DNA of 64,000 nt from Alphaproteobacteria bacterium (GTDB taxonomy: Bacteria > Pseudomonadota > Alphaproteobacteria > UBA828). A program made the translations under genes and the position numbers. The stretch is taken from positions 256,001 through 320,000 of the forward strand of contig CBDCRW010000004.1 in the NCBI GenBank assembly GCA_965221125.1. Reading direction: 5' to 3'. This document shows positions 51,721-62,655 of this stretch, piece after piece. Numbering within the stretch: the stretch's first letter is position 1; each line of letters begins with the position of its first letter. The notes under the pieces were generated by a model, which worked only from the letters and a program-made list of their open reading frames with translations, was not told the DNA's origin and did no database searches.

Positions 51721-51750
51721 TTGACGAGTCGATACCCGGACCAATATCGT
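51721..51750 (+). promoter_or_regulatory. putative sigma70 promoter for leader RNA/NYN unit
   Basis: TTGACG-18 bp-TATCGT. Confidence 0.45.
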
Positions 51751-51756
51751 GTCCAC

Positions 51757-51830
51757 CTTCTATGGACCCCATCGTTCCCTCGGGCACGGTGGGTATTGAA
51801 TGGGGCCGGCATTCGCCGGCCCATTTTTTT
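51757..51830 (+). ncRNA. putative small structured RNA / attenuating leader upstream of NYN RNase
   Basis: hairpin 51766-51794 followed by terminator hairpin and T7; 5' end inferred from promoter. Confidence 0.5.
51799..51830 (+). terminator. intrinsic terminator upstream of the NYN start codon
   Basis: AATGGGGCCGGC-ATTC-GCCGGCCCATT-TTTTT, ending 13 nt before ATG 51844. Confidence 0.8.
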
Positions 51831-51843
51831 CGAAGGGGCGTCG

Positions 51844-52403
51844 ATGTCGGTTACGGCGGTCTTCATTGACGGCGGATACCTCGACAAGGTCCTGTACCAC
51901 GACCACGCCAACAGGCGAATCGACTACGCGCGTCTCGCCGGTACCATGACGGGAGACGGCGAGCTCTTGCGTGCCTACTATTACCATTGCCTGCCGTATC
52001 AAAGCAGCCCGCCCACCGAGGAGGAGAAGCGACGCTACGCGGCGAAGCACCGGTTCATCACCGCTCTCCTCCATCTCCCCCGATTCGACGTGCGATTGGG
52101 CAAGCTCGCATACAGAGGGCGAGATGAGCGCGGCAGGCAGATCTTTCAGCAAAAGCGGGTCGACCTCATGCTAGGAGTCGACATGGCTCTCCTGGCTGGA
52201 AAGGGCCGGATAGCCAGAGTCGCCTTGTTGGCCGGTGACAGCGATTTCACGCCGGCGATCGAAGCCGTCAAGCGCGAGGGGTCCTTACCACTCTCTGGCA
52301 CGGGAGTCGTTCGGATCAGACGACACCCAGCCGCGAGCTGGTAGAGATATGCGATGAACGCCGCGAGCTCACGGCGGCGCTTGTTGATTCGATAGGCCGG
52401 TAG
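51844..52403 (+). pseudogene. NYN (LabA/DUF88, PIN-like) RNase with -1 frameshift at GGGG 52278-52281
   Basis: VFIDGGYL, QKRVDLMLGVD, AGDSDF; one extra G restores GVLTTLWHG...SRELVEICDER to TAG 52403; could be a sequencing error. Confidence 0.8.
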
Positions 52404-52454
52404 TCCAGTCAGCGAAGATTTATCGCCCGACGCCGGTGCCTAGGGAGAACGGAC

Positions 52455-53009
52455 ATGGCAGACGACAAGAACCAGATGGAAGGGCAACAGGGGCCGACGG
52501 CGCCGGCGGCGGGGCCAGCGCGGGCGCTCGATCACGTGGGAATCTCGGTGCCCGACATCGATGCGGCCGTCGCCTGGTACCGCGACATCCTCGGCTGCTA
52601 CGTGCTGATGGAGCCGGTCGAGGGCTACGCCGACGAAAGCTACTTCGGCCAGATCGTCGCCGACATCTTCGGCGCCGACTTCCAGGGCATGAAGATCGCG
52701 CACCTGGCGACCGCGGACGGCGTCGGCATCGAGCTCTTCCAGTTCGTCGCCAACGCGCCGCAGGAGGAGCACTTCGCCTACTGGAAGACTGGCATCTATC
52801 ACATCTGCATCCTCGACCCCGACATCGAGGGCCTGGCGAAGCGGATCGACGAGAGCGGCGGCAAGCAGCGCAGCAAGGTGTGGAAGCTCTGGCAGGACAA
52901 GCCCTACAAGGTCTGCTACTGCGAGGACCCGTGGGGCACCATCATCGAGGTGAGCTCCCACCCCTACGTCATGGCCTGGTCCAACTTCATCCCCCGCCAC
53001 GCGGACTGA
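52455..53009 (+). CDS. VOC/glyoxalase family protein
   Basis: DHVGISVPD, GIELFQF, GIYHIC, EDPWGTIIE. Confidence 0.9.
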   Translation: MADDKNQMEGQQGPTAPAAGPARALDHVGISVPDIDAAVAWYRDILGCYVLMEPVEGYADESYFGQIVADIFGADFQGMKIAHLATADGVGIELFQFVANAPQEEHFAYWKTGIYHICILDPDIEGLAKRIDESGGKQRSKVWKLWQDKPYKVCYCEDPWGTIIEVSSHPYVMAWSNFIPRHAD

Positions 53010-53117
53010 GGGCCGGCGTCGGGCGGTGACAACGGACTCGCGCCCGCCGGCCCCTGCGATATACTCCGCACGCGAAATTCCGCCTCCCGCCCCGCAATCA
53101 CCGAGACGCGCCCGGCG

Positions 53118-53399
53118 ATGAACGCGTTTGCCGACCTCATCCACGCCGTCTTCTCGATCTACATCTATCTGCTGATCGCATCCGCGCTCTTCAGCTGGCT
53201 GGTGGCGTTCAACGTGGTGAACACGAGCAACCGCTTCGTGTTCACGCTGCTGAGCTTCCTCCACCGCATCACGGAGCCGGCGCTCCGGCCCATCCGGCGC
53301 ATCATCCCCAATCTCGGCGGGATCGACATATCGCCGATCATCCTGATCCTGATCCTCTACTTCGTCCGCGATCTCATCGTGGACAACATCGTCCAGTGA
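53118..53399 (+). CDS. yggT: YggT family membrane protein
   Basis: [31 protein letters not shown]. Confidence 0.92.
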   Translation: MNAFADLIHAVFSIYIYLLIASALFSWLVAFNVVNTSNRFVFTLLSFLHRITEPALRPIRRIIPNLGGIDISPIILILILYFVRDLIVDNIVQ

Positions 53400-53469
53400 T
53401 CCGTCCGCCGCCGGCGCGCGAGGGCGACCGCCGAGCCGGACGACGCTCAGCCTTACGCGAGGTAAACCC

Positions 53470-54351
53470 ATGAGCGACGCGGTCATCATCGACGGCAAGG
53501 CATTCGCGGCCGATCTCAGGGCCGAGGTCGGGCGCAAGGCGGCGCTCTTGAAGGAGAGCCACGGCCTCGTTCCGGGCCTCTCGGTCGTGCTGGTGGGCGA
53601 CGACCCCGCGAGCCACGTCTACGTCCGCAACAAGGGCAAGGCGACCGTCGCCGCCGGCATGGAGTCGCAGGAGTATCGCCTGCCCGCGACCGCGAGCCAC
53701 GCCGAGGTGCTGGAGACGGTCGAGCGGCTGAACGCCGACGATGCCGTGCACGGCATCCTGGTGCAGCTCCCCCTGCCCGATCAGGTGGATTCCAACGCGA
53801 TCATCAACGCCATCGACCCGGACAAGGACGTGGACGGCTTCCACACCGTCAACGTGGGCCGGCTCACCACGGGGCAGGACAGCCTCGTGCCCTGCACGCC
53901 TTTGGGTTGCCTGCTGATGCTGCGCCACTTCGTGGGCGCGCTGAAGGGCAAGCGGGCGATGATCGTCGGCCGCTCCAACATCGTCGGCAAGCCGATGGCG
54001 TCGCTGCTGCTGCGCGAGCACTGCACCGTGACCATCGGCCACTCGCGCACCCAGGACCTGCCCGGCGAGTGCCGCCGCGCCGACGTCCTCATCGCGGCCG
54101 TGGGGCGCGCCGAGATGATCCGGGGCGACTGGGTGAAGCCCGGCGCTGCCGTCATCGATGTCGGCATCAACCGCGTGCCGGCGGGCGAGAAAACGAGGCT
54201 CGTGGGCGACGTCTGCTTCGAGGAGGCGGTGGAGAACGCGGGCTGGATCACGCCCGTGCCCGGCGGCGTCGGCCCCATGACCATCGCGTGCCTCTTGAAG
54301 AACACGCTCACCGCCGCCTGCCGCCGCCACGGCATCGAAGAGCCGACGTGA
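53470..54351 (+). CDS. folD: methylenetetrahydrofolate dehydrogenase/cyclohydrolase
   Basis: [42 protein letters not shown]. Confidence 0.97.
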   Translation: MSDAVIIDGKAFAADLRAEVGRKAALLKESHGLVPGLSVVLVGDDPASHVYVRNKGKATVAAGMESQEYRLPATASHAEVLETVERLNADDAVHGILVQLPLPDQVDSNAIINAIDPDKDVDGFHTVNVGRLTTGQDSLVPCTPLGCLLMLRHFVGALKGKRAMIVGRSNIVGKPMASLLLREHCTVTIGHSRTQDLPGECRRADVLIAAVGRAEMIRGDWVKPGAAVIDVGINRVPAGEKTRLVGDVCFEEAVENAGWITPVPGGVGPMTIACLLKNTLTAACRRHGIEEPT

Positions 54352-54423
54352 GGCGCTGCTGCGCGCTCCGGTCTAACCACGCGGGGACTGCTCGACGGCT
54401 TAATCGAAGGCTTACGTGAGTCG

Positions 54424-55026
54424 TTACCTCCCTGTATAGCTCGTGCTGCTCTGGTTAGCTTCGGAGGTTGAATTATAGACAACTACGGGAAGCGCTCGAT
54501 TTCCAAGGCAGAGATCAACTACATATCTTCTGATTAGTTCCTGTTGCATTTCAATGTCGGCCCAACCCTGAGGTGAGTAGCCACCTTCAAAAATCTCCAA
54601 CGCTTCGACTTTATAATTTAGACTGCGAGCTATTGCGTGAAGAAGTGTGGCGAGGAGCTTCTCTCGCTCTTGACATACTCTTATGTTGTAGCGCTCCTCC
54701 CTTATTCTCTGTTCATCATTGCCCAAATATTCAGATACGACTTCATCGTCCCGTCTAGGCTGCTCAGAACCAAGATTTTGGAAGTATGCTCTCCATGCGG
54801 TTAGTACATTGGAATTGTTTCGAAACTCAATTTCTACCAAATTCAAGGCGGAAACGTGATCGGGCAATAGTCGAGTACGACGCGTCTTCATTAGAGTGCG
54901 AAAAATATCCATGCGGCGCTCTCGTTTGGCGCGCCTATACTCCATCCACCTTGCAATGAGCACGGCGACTGCTGGTCCCAGAAACAGCGCAACAATCGTC
55001 ACAATTTCGCTCATAGACCAAGTCAT
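54424..55026 (-). CDS. AT-rich hypothetical protein with N-terminal TM helix (DUF6680-like)
   Basis: LGPAVAVLI...RMDIFRTLMKTR...HVSALNLVEIEF, GYSPQGW; purine-rich RBS; composition unlike flanks. Confidence 0.75.
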   Translation of the reverse strand: MTWSMSEIVTIVALFLGPAVAVLIARWMEYRRAKRERRMDIFRTLMKTRRTRLLPDHVSALNLVEIEFRNNSNVLTAWRAYFQNLGSEQPRRDDEVVSEYLGNDEQRIREERYNIRVCQEREKLLATLLHAIARSLNYKVEALEIFEGGYSPQGWADIEMQQELIRRYVVDLCLGNRALPVVVYNSTSEANQSSTSYTGR

Positions 55027-55257
55027 CTTTCCTCTACTCTCCTCTCGTGGATCCCCATGCTGTGGTTAGACATGGTCACGTGCGGACAAACGACAGAGCA
55101 AAATCCGATCACGCGGGATCACTTGTCCTATCGGGAACTCTTTCGCTGACCAAGCTCATCATACCTAAGAACCCGACGTCTATAGGCAACGGCTCCCAAA
55201 CCGAAAGCCCAAATCACTTTGAGATTCGTTATCGATTCAATCAGATAGGATCGCGCG

Positions 55258-56461
<1,204 letters not shown>

Positions 56462-56469
<8 letters not shown>

Positions 56470-56839
56470 CGTCGTCTCTCCTCTTCGGCCGCCGCGTGAT
56501 GCCTCGGCCTCTGCGGCCGCCCGCCTCGCTCGGCCGCGTGAATCGCCTGAACCGGCCCCTGAAGCGCTCGGGCGCGGGCGGATCGTAGCCCGGTCCCTCG
56601 GCAAGCTCGTGCTCGGTGTCGATCGCGGGCCAGCGGACGAAGGCGAACACCCAGATCATGACCACCGGCAGGCCGATCAGGAGGCCGAGCCCGACCGAGA
56701 CCGGCGGAATGAAGAGGCCCAGGATCGGGAGCAGCATGAGATAGGCCCACCACGGCGACTGCCCGGCCTTGTTGAAGATGCGCCAGAACATCCACAGCAT
56801 GATGACCGTGACCGCGAGGTACTGGAGGACGCCGACCAC
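56462..56839 (-). CDS. small membrane protein ([13 protein letters not shown] family)
   Basis: three hydrophobic segments plus basic tail; coupled to argG. Confidence 0.75.
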
Positions 56840-56842
56840 GGT

Positions 56843-57034
56843 TCAGCGCCGCCCCATCGGGTCGGCAGGCCAGATCATGAAGGCGAGCAGCGCCAGCAGG
56901 AGCAGCGGCCCGACGAGGGGAATGAACACCACCAGCGCAAGCGGCCAGCGCAGGCCCGCGCGCCGGCAGATGCGCAGCGCCGGATAGAAGATCACGGCCC
57001 CGAGCACGAGGCCGACGACGATCTGGATCGGCAC
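56843..57034 (-). CDS. small membrane protein, paralogue of downstream gene
   Basis: LRICRRAG.RWPLALVVFIPLVG...AFMIWP. Confidence 0.65.
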   Translation of the reverse strand: MPIQIVVGLVLGAVIFYPALRICRRAGLRWPLALVVFIPLVGPLLLLALLAFMIWPADPMGRR

Positions 57035-57106
57035 GGCCGCCCGGCGGTCGCGATCGCTCAGGAAGGCGCGGCGCGGCCGGCGCCGAGCGTCGTCCGCGCC
57101 CGCCGC

Positions 57107-58516
57107 TCAGACCGAGTAGTACATCTCGAACTCGATGGGATGCGGGGCCATGAGGAAGGCCGTCTGCTCCTCCCGCTTGAGCTCGAGATAGCCGTCGATC
57201 AGGTCGTCGGTAAAGACGTCGCCCTTCTTCAGGAAGTCGCGGTCGGCGTCGAGCGCGTCCAGCGCCTGGCCCAGGCTGCCGCACACGGTGGGCACGTCCT
57301 TCAGCTCCTCCGGCGGCAGGTCATAGAGGTTCTTGTCCATCGCATCGCCCGGATGGATCTTGTTCTCGATGCCGTCGATGCCCGCCATGAGCATCGCCGC
57401 AAAGGACAGGTACGGGTTCGCCGAGGGATCGGGGAAGCGCACCTCCACCCGCTTGCCGTTGGGGCTCGCCGCGTAGGGAATGCGGCAGGAGGCCGAGCGG
57501 TTGCGCGCCGAGTACGCGAGCAGCACCGGCGCCTCGTAACCCGGCACGAGCCGCTTGTAGCTGTTCGTCGACGGGTTGGTGAAGGCGTTGATCGCCCGCG
57601 CGTGGCGGATCACGCCGCCGATGTAGTAGAGCGCCGCATCCGACAGGTCGGCGTAGCCGGAGCCTGCGAACAGGGGCCGCCCGTCCTTCCAGATCGACTG
57701 GTGCACGTGCATGCCGGAGCCGTTGTCGCCGACGATGGGCTTCGGCATGTAGGTCGCGCTCTTGCCGTAGCTGTGGGCGGTCATGTGCACCACGTACTTC
57801 TGGATCTGGAGCTGGTCCGCCGCCTGTAGCAGGGTGCCGAACTCGACGCCCAGCTCGTTCTGGCTGGGGGCGACCTCGTGGTGGTGCTTCTCCACCTTGA
57901 CGCCCATGCCGGCCAGGTGGGTGACCATCTCGGCCCGCATGTCGTTCATCGAATCGACCGGCGGCACCGGCACGTAGCCGCCCTTGCCCACCGGGCGGTG
58001 CCCCATGTTGCCCTCTTCGTAGGCGCGGCCGCTGTTGTACGGCCCTTCCTCCTGGTCGAGCATGTAGTAGGTCTCGTTCATCGAGACCCTGAAGCGCACG
58101 TCGTCGAACACGAAGAACTCGGCCTCCGGCCCGAAGTAGGCCGTGTCTCCGATGCCGGAATAGGCCAGATAGATCTCCGCCTTCTTGGCGACGCTGCGGG
58201 GGCAGCGGTCATAGGCCTGTCCGGTGGACGGCTCGATCACGTCGCAGGTCAGGATCATCTGCGGCAGCGCCGAGAACGGGTCCATCACCGCGCTCGCCGG
58301 GTCCGGCATGAGCACCATGTCAGACTGGTGAATCTCCTTCCAGCCGGCGATCGAGGAGCCGTCGAACATGATCCCGTCGGTGAGCATGTCCTCGTCGACC
58401 GTGCGGACCGCCTGGGTCATGTGCTGCCACTTGCCCCGCGGGTCGGTGAACCGGAAGTCCACGAACTGGACCTCGTTCTTCTCGATCATCTCCAAGACGC
58501 CGTCCACATCGCTCAT
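57107..58516 (-). CDS. glnA: glutamine synthetase type I
   Basis: [43 protein letters not shown] adenylylation motif. Confidence 0.97.
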   Translation of the reverse strand: MSDVDGVLEMIEKNEVQFVDFRFTDPRGKWQHMTQAVRTVDEDMLTDGIMFDGSSIAGWKEIHQSDMVLMPDPASAVMDPFSALPQMILTCDVIEPSTGQAYDRCPRSVAKKAEIYLAYSGIGDTAYFGPEAEFFVFDDVRFRVSMNETYYMLDQEEGPYNSGRAYEEGNMGHRPVGKGGYVPVPPVDSMNDMRAEMVTHLAGMGVKVEKHHHEVAPSQNELGVEFGTLLQAADQLQIQKYVVHMTAHSYGKSATYMPKPIVGDNGSGMHVHQSIWKDGRPLFAGSGYADLSDAALYYIGGVIRHARAINAFTNPSTNSYKRLVPGYEAPVLLAYSARNRSASCRIPYAASPNGKRVEVRFPDPSANPYLSFAAMLMAGIDGIENKIHPGDAMDKNLYDLPPEELKDVPTVCGSLGQALDALDADRDFLKKGDVFTDDLIDGYLELKREEQTAFLMAPHPIEFEMYYSV

Positions 58517-58588
58517 CGCACTGCTCCATCGCCCGCTGGGTCTGTCCTCTGCGCGCCTGCTGCATTCCGCGGCGACGCGCTGGCGCGC

Positions 58589-58936
<348 letters not shown>

Positions 58937-59074
58937 CTAAGCGTGCCAGGCCGCCAGGCCGGCACGGTCCTCGCACATTTCGGCGGCGCATGATAGCGCA
59001 CGTCCGGTTCCGCGCCGCATGCTTTGGTGGCATCATGCGCGGCCTTGAGATTCGGATGGGACAGGGAGGCGCAC

Positions 59075-60256
59075 GTGCAGATTGCCGAGCGCATGGGGCG
59101 GCTCGGGACCGAGACCGCCTTCGACGTACTGGCCCGCGCCGGTGCCTTGCAGGCGGCCGGGCGCAGCATCATCAACCTCGGCATCGGGCAGCCCGATTTC
59201 CGCACGCCTGACCACATCGTCGAGGCGGGCCGCAAGGCGCTGGCGGACGGCCACCACGGCTATACGCCGGCCAACGGCATCCCCGCGCTGCGCGAGGCGG
59301 TGGCGGCGGACATCGCCAGGTACCGCCGCGTCGAGGTCGATCCCGACAACGTCGTGGTCGTGCCCGGCGGCAAGGTCACGATGTTCTTCGCCGCGCTGAT
59401 GTTCGGCGAGCCGGGGGCCGAGATCCTCTACCCCAACCCGGGCTTCCCCATCTACGAATCGGCGATCAAGTTCTCCGGCGCGACGGCGGTTCCGATCCCG
59501 CTCTACGAGGAGACCGGATTCTCCTTCGATGCCGACGAGGTGCTCTCCAAGATAACGCCGCGCACCCGGCTCGTCATGCTCAACAGCCCGGCCAACCCGA
59601 CGGGAGGCGTCGTCCCCAGAGAAACCTTCGACCGCCTGGCCGAGGGGCTCGAGGCTCATCCCCACGTCACCATCATGAGCGACGAGATTTACAGCCGCCT
59701 GCTCTACGAGGGCCGCGAGCACGTCACGCTGCTCGACTATCCGGCCATCCGGGACCGGGTGATCGTGCTCGACGGCTGGAGCAAGACCTATGCCATGACC
59801 GGCTGGCGCATTGGCTACGGGGTCTGGCCCGCCGCGCTCGCGCCGCAGGCGACCCGGCTCGCGATCAACTGCAACTCCTGCGTCAACGCGCCGACCCAGC
59901 ACGCGGCGCTGGCGGCGCTTACCGGCCCGCAGGAGTCGGTCGAGACCATGCGGCGCACCTTCGACGAGCGCCGCAAGCTCATCGTCGCCGCGCTCAACCG
60001 CGTCGACGGCGTCACCTGCGTCGATTCCGCCGGCGCCTTCTACGCCATGCCCAACATCACCGGCACCGGCCTCGATGCGGGCACGATGCAGGACGGCCTG
60101 CTGGAGGAAGCCGGCGTCGCCGCCATCGCCGGCACCAGCTTCGGCGCCTACGGCGAGGGCTATCTCCGCCTCTCCTACGCCGCGAGCACGGAAGAGATCG
60201 AGGAGGCCATAGCCCGCATCGAGGGCTGGCTCGCCGAGCGTGCGGCCGCCGCGTGA
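59075..60256 (+). CDS. class I/II PLP aminotransferase (aspartate aminotransferase-like)
   Basis: LGIGQPDF, NSPANPTG, SDEIY, SKTYAMTGWRIG; GTG start with GGGAGG RBS. Confidence 0.92.
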   Translation: MQIAERMGRLGTETAFDVLARAGALQAAGRSIINLGIGQPDFRTPDHIVEAGRKALADGHHGYTPANGIPALREAVAADIARYRRVEVDPDNVVVVPGGKVTMFFAALMFGEPGAEILYPNPGFPIYESAIKFSGATAVPIPLYEETGFSFDADEVLSKITPRTRLVMLNSPANPTGGVVPRETFDRLAEGLEAHPHVTIMSDEIYSRLLYEGREHVTLLDYPAIRDRVIVLDGWSKTYAMTGWRIGYGVWPAALAPQATRLAINCNSCVNAPTQHAALAALTGPQESVETMRRTFDERRKLIVAALNRVDGVTCVDSAGAFYAMPNITGTGLDAGTMQDGLLEEAGVAAIAGTSFGAYGEGYLRLSYAASTEEIEEAIARIEGWLAERAAAA

Positions 60257-60334
60257 AGGGGCGGCCAGCGCGCCGTATCCGCGCCCGCCGATGGCCGGTC
60301 ACATTTCACGGCGTTCGTGATAGGAACGGGGTCG

Positions 60335-60411
60335 GCGCCCGTAGCTCAGCCGGATAGAGCACGAGCCTTCTAAGCTTGGGGTCGCAGGTTCGAGTCCTGC
60401 CGGGCGCGCCA
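60335..60411 (+). tRNA. tRNA-Arg(TCT)
   Basis: GCGCCCG/CGGGCGC acceptor, CGAGC-CT-TCT-AA-GCTTG anticodon arm, GGTTCGAGTCC, CCA. Confidence 0.97.
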
Positions 60412-60437
60412 TTTCGCCGAACCGCGCCAGACACAAC

Positions 60438-60479
60438 TGTAAGGCAACACTTGACAAGACCCCCGGCGTCCATCACGTT
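60438..60479 (+). promoter_or_regulatory. higBA promoter with operator-like palindrome overlapping -35
   Basis: TGTAAG-GCAACA-CTTGACA; TTGACA 60451-60456, CACGTT 17 bp later. Confidence 0.5.
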
Positions 60480-60482
60480 GCG

Positions 60483-60764
60483 GTGGTGATCGGCAGCATT
60501 CGACACAAGGCGCTGCGACAGTACTGGACCAGGGGGCAGACGAAGGGTCTGAATGCCCAGTGGGTTGGGAAGCTGCGCAGGATACTCTCGGCGCTCGATG
60601 CAGCCGACCGACCGGAAGAAATGAACTATCCGGGATCGCACTATCACTCTCTGATCGGCAACCGCGCTGGCCGCTACTCGGTCCGCCTGACGGCCAATGT
60701 CCGCGTCACCTTCGGGTGGGATGACGACGGCGCCTCCGACGTAGACATCGAGGACTATCACTGA
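60483..60764 (+). CDS. higB: HigB (RelE/ParE superfamily) toxin
   Basis: SIRHKAL, PGSHYHSLIGNRAGRYSVRLTANVRVTF, DIEDYH. Confidence 0.9.
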   Translation: MVIGSIRHKALRQYWTRGQTKGLNAQWVGKLRRILSALDAADRPEEMNYPGSHYHSLIGNRAGRYSVRLTANVRVTFGWDDDGASDVDIEDYH

Positions 60765-61069
60765 TGACCAAGAGGCACCCGTCCCTGGTTCCGGCGCATC
60801 CCGGAGAGATTCTGCGGGAGGATGTCCTGCCGGCGCTTGCGATGACCAAGACGGCCGTTGCCCGAGCCCTCGGAATATCCCGCCAGACGCTCTACGACAT
60901 CATCAACGAGAAGCAGCCGGTCACGGCCGAGATGGCGGTTCGCTTCGGCAAGATGTTCGGTAACGGCGCGGCCTTCTGGCTCAACCTGCAGCGCGCTCAC
61001 GATCTGGCGATCGCCGAACGCACGGTGGATGTGTCCGGGATACCGACGCTCGAGGTGCGTCCTGATTGA
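60764..61069 (+). CDS. higA: HigA antitoxin
   Basis: HPGEILRED, ALGISRQTL, VTAEMAVR, FWLNLQ. Confidence 0.92.
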   Translation: MTKRHPSLVPAHPGEILREDVLPALAMTKTAVARALGISRQTLYDIINEKQPVTAEMAVRFGKMFGNGAAFWLNLQRAHDLAIAERTVDVSGIPTLEVRPD

Positions 61070-61126
61070 GTGACGCGGACGCGCCTCATATTCCGCGCGC
61101 GCCAGGCTACACGGGCGCGCGACGTC

Positions 61127-61864
61127 TCAGACGTGCTCGCCGCCGTTCACGTGCAGCTCGCCGCCGGTGATGTAGGCGGCGGTGTCCGAGCAGAGGAAGT
61201 AGATCGCCGACGCGACTTCCGACGGCTTGCCGAGGCGCGCCATCGGGATGTTCGGGAGCAGATCGTCGATGCCGGGGGACAGGATGGGCGTGTCGATCTC
61301 GCCCGGCGCGATGGCGTTGACGCGGATGCCGAGCGGCCCGAAATCCGCCGCCATCTCGCGCGTGAGCGCCGCCAGCGCCGCCTTGGAGGTCGAATAGGCG
61401 CTGCCGGCGAAGCGGTGGACCCTGCCGCCCGCAATCGAGGTCACGTTGACGACGCTGCCTTGCCCCTGCTTCAGCTCCTCGAAGAGGCCGCGCGCCAGCG
61501 CCAGCGGCGCGTAGAAGTTGACCTGGAAGACCTCGCGCCAGAGCTCGAGATCGGTGTTCAGGCTGTCGAGCCGGATGCCGTTCTCGCCCTTGGGCGAGAT
61601 GCCCGCGTTGTTCACCAGCGCGCTCAGCGGCGCACCGCCCAACCGGGCGCGCATCTCCTCGATACCGCGCCGCACGTCCTCGGGGTCGGACAGGTCGATC
61701 CTGATGTGGTCCTCGGGCCCTGCCTCCCACGGGCAATCCTCCGAGAAGGCCCGGCGCGAGGCGGTGATCACCCGCCAGCCCGCCGCGCTGAAGCGCTTGA
61801 CCGTCGCGTGCCCGATCCCCTGGCTCGCGCCGGTGAGGATCAGGGTCCTTCGCTCGTCCGCCAT
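61127..61864 (-). CDS. SDR family oxidoreductase
   Basis: TGASQGIG, NNAG, YSTSK, NAIAPG. Confidence 0.92.
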   Translation of the reverse strand: MADERRTLILTGASQGIGHATVKRFSAAGWRVITASRRAFSEDCPWEAGPEDHIRIDLSDPEDVRRGIEEMRARLGGAPLSALVNNAGISPKGENGIRLDSLNTDLELWREVFQVNFYAPLALARGLFEELKQGQGSVVNVTSIAGGRVHRFAGSAYSTSKAALAALTREMAADFGPLGIRVNAIAPGEIDTPILSPGIDDLLPNIPMARLGKPSEVASAIYFLCSDTAAYITGGELHVNGGEHV

Positions 61865-61875
61865 GGCCGCGCTCC

Positions 61876-62655
61876 CTATCCGTCGCCGTCGACGGGCATG
61901 GTGTAGTTGAGCCGCATGCGCCCGCCGTCAGCATAGATCACCTGGCCGGTGACGTAGGAGGAATCGTCGCTCGCGAGGAAGACCGCGATGCCCGCGATCT
62001 CCTCCGGCTGGCCGACGCGGCCCATCGGGGTGCGGGAGAGGATCCGCCGCCACGCGGCCTCGTCGGTGATCACCGACTTCGCCATCTCGGTGAGGATCGT
62101 GCCCGGGCCGATGGCGTTCACGCGCACGCCCTTAGGTGCCAGCGCCAGCGCCATGACCGAGGTGAGCTGGTTGACCCCGCCCTTGCTGACCACGTAGGGG
62201 GCGATCGAATCGATCGCCAGCTCGCCGTTGACCGACGACATGTTGACGATGCTGCCCGCGCCTGCGGCCGCCATCTCCCGCGCCGCCGCCTGGCCCACCA
62301 GGAAGTAGCCCCGCAGGTTGACGCGGAGCACGCGGTCGAAGTCCTCCTCCGTCACGTCGAGGAAGTCCGCGATCGAGGAGACGGCGGCGTTGTTCACCAG
62401 CACGTCGATGCGCCTGTGGCGCGCGACCGTCTGCGCGATGAGCGCGCGCGCCTGCGGGCCGTCGCCCGTATCGCAGGGCGCGAAGGCGGCGCTGCCGCCC
62501 TCGTCGCGGATCGCTTGTGCGGTCGCTTCGCCTTGCTCCTCCAGGATGTCGGCGATCACGACGTGCGCGCCCTCGTCGGCGAAGCGCCGGGCGCAGGCGG
62601 CGCCGATGCCGCGGGCCGCGCCGGTCACCACCGCGATCTTGCCTTCGAGCCGCAT
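61876..62655 (-). CDS. SDR family oxidoreductase
   Basis: TGAARGIG, NNAA, YVVSK, NAIGPG. Confidence 0.92.
   Translation of the reverse strand: MRLEGKIAVVTGAARGIGAACARRFADEGAHVVIADILEEQGEATAQAIRDEGGSAAFAPCDTGDGPQARALIAQTVARHRRIDVLVNNAAVSSIADFLDVTEEDFDRVLRVNLRGYFLVGQAAAREMAAAGAGSIVNMSSVNGELAIDSIAPYVVSKGGVNQLTSVMALALAPKGVRVNAIGPGTILTEMAKSVITDEAAWRRILSRTPMGRVGQPEEIAGIAVFLASDDSSYVTGQVIYADGGRMRLNYTMPVDGDG

Noticed and set aside
54371-54429. attC site downstream of the AT-rich gene
   Set aside because: AAC/GTT cores are present, but the L boxes do not pair and the upstream core has the wrong orientation.
58940-58976. sigma54 promoter for glnB
   Set aside because: Minus-strand TGGCAC lacks GC at -12. 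The GG-N10-GC match at 58961-58974 points away from glnB and is weak.
61084-61112. attR-like copy of the tRNA-Arg 3' end after higA
   Set aside because: Only 8-9 bp of almost pure GC (GCGCGCCA, CGGGCGCGC), likely chance.
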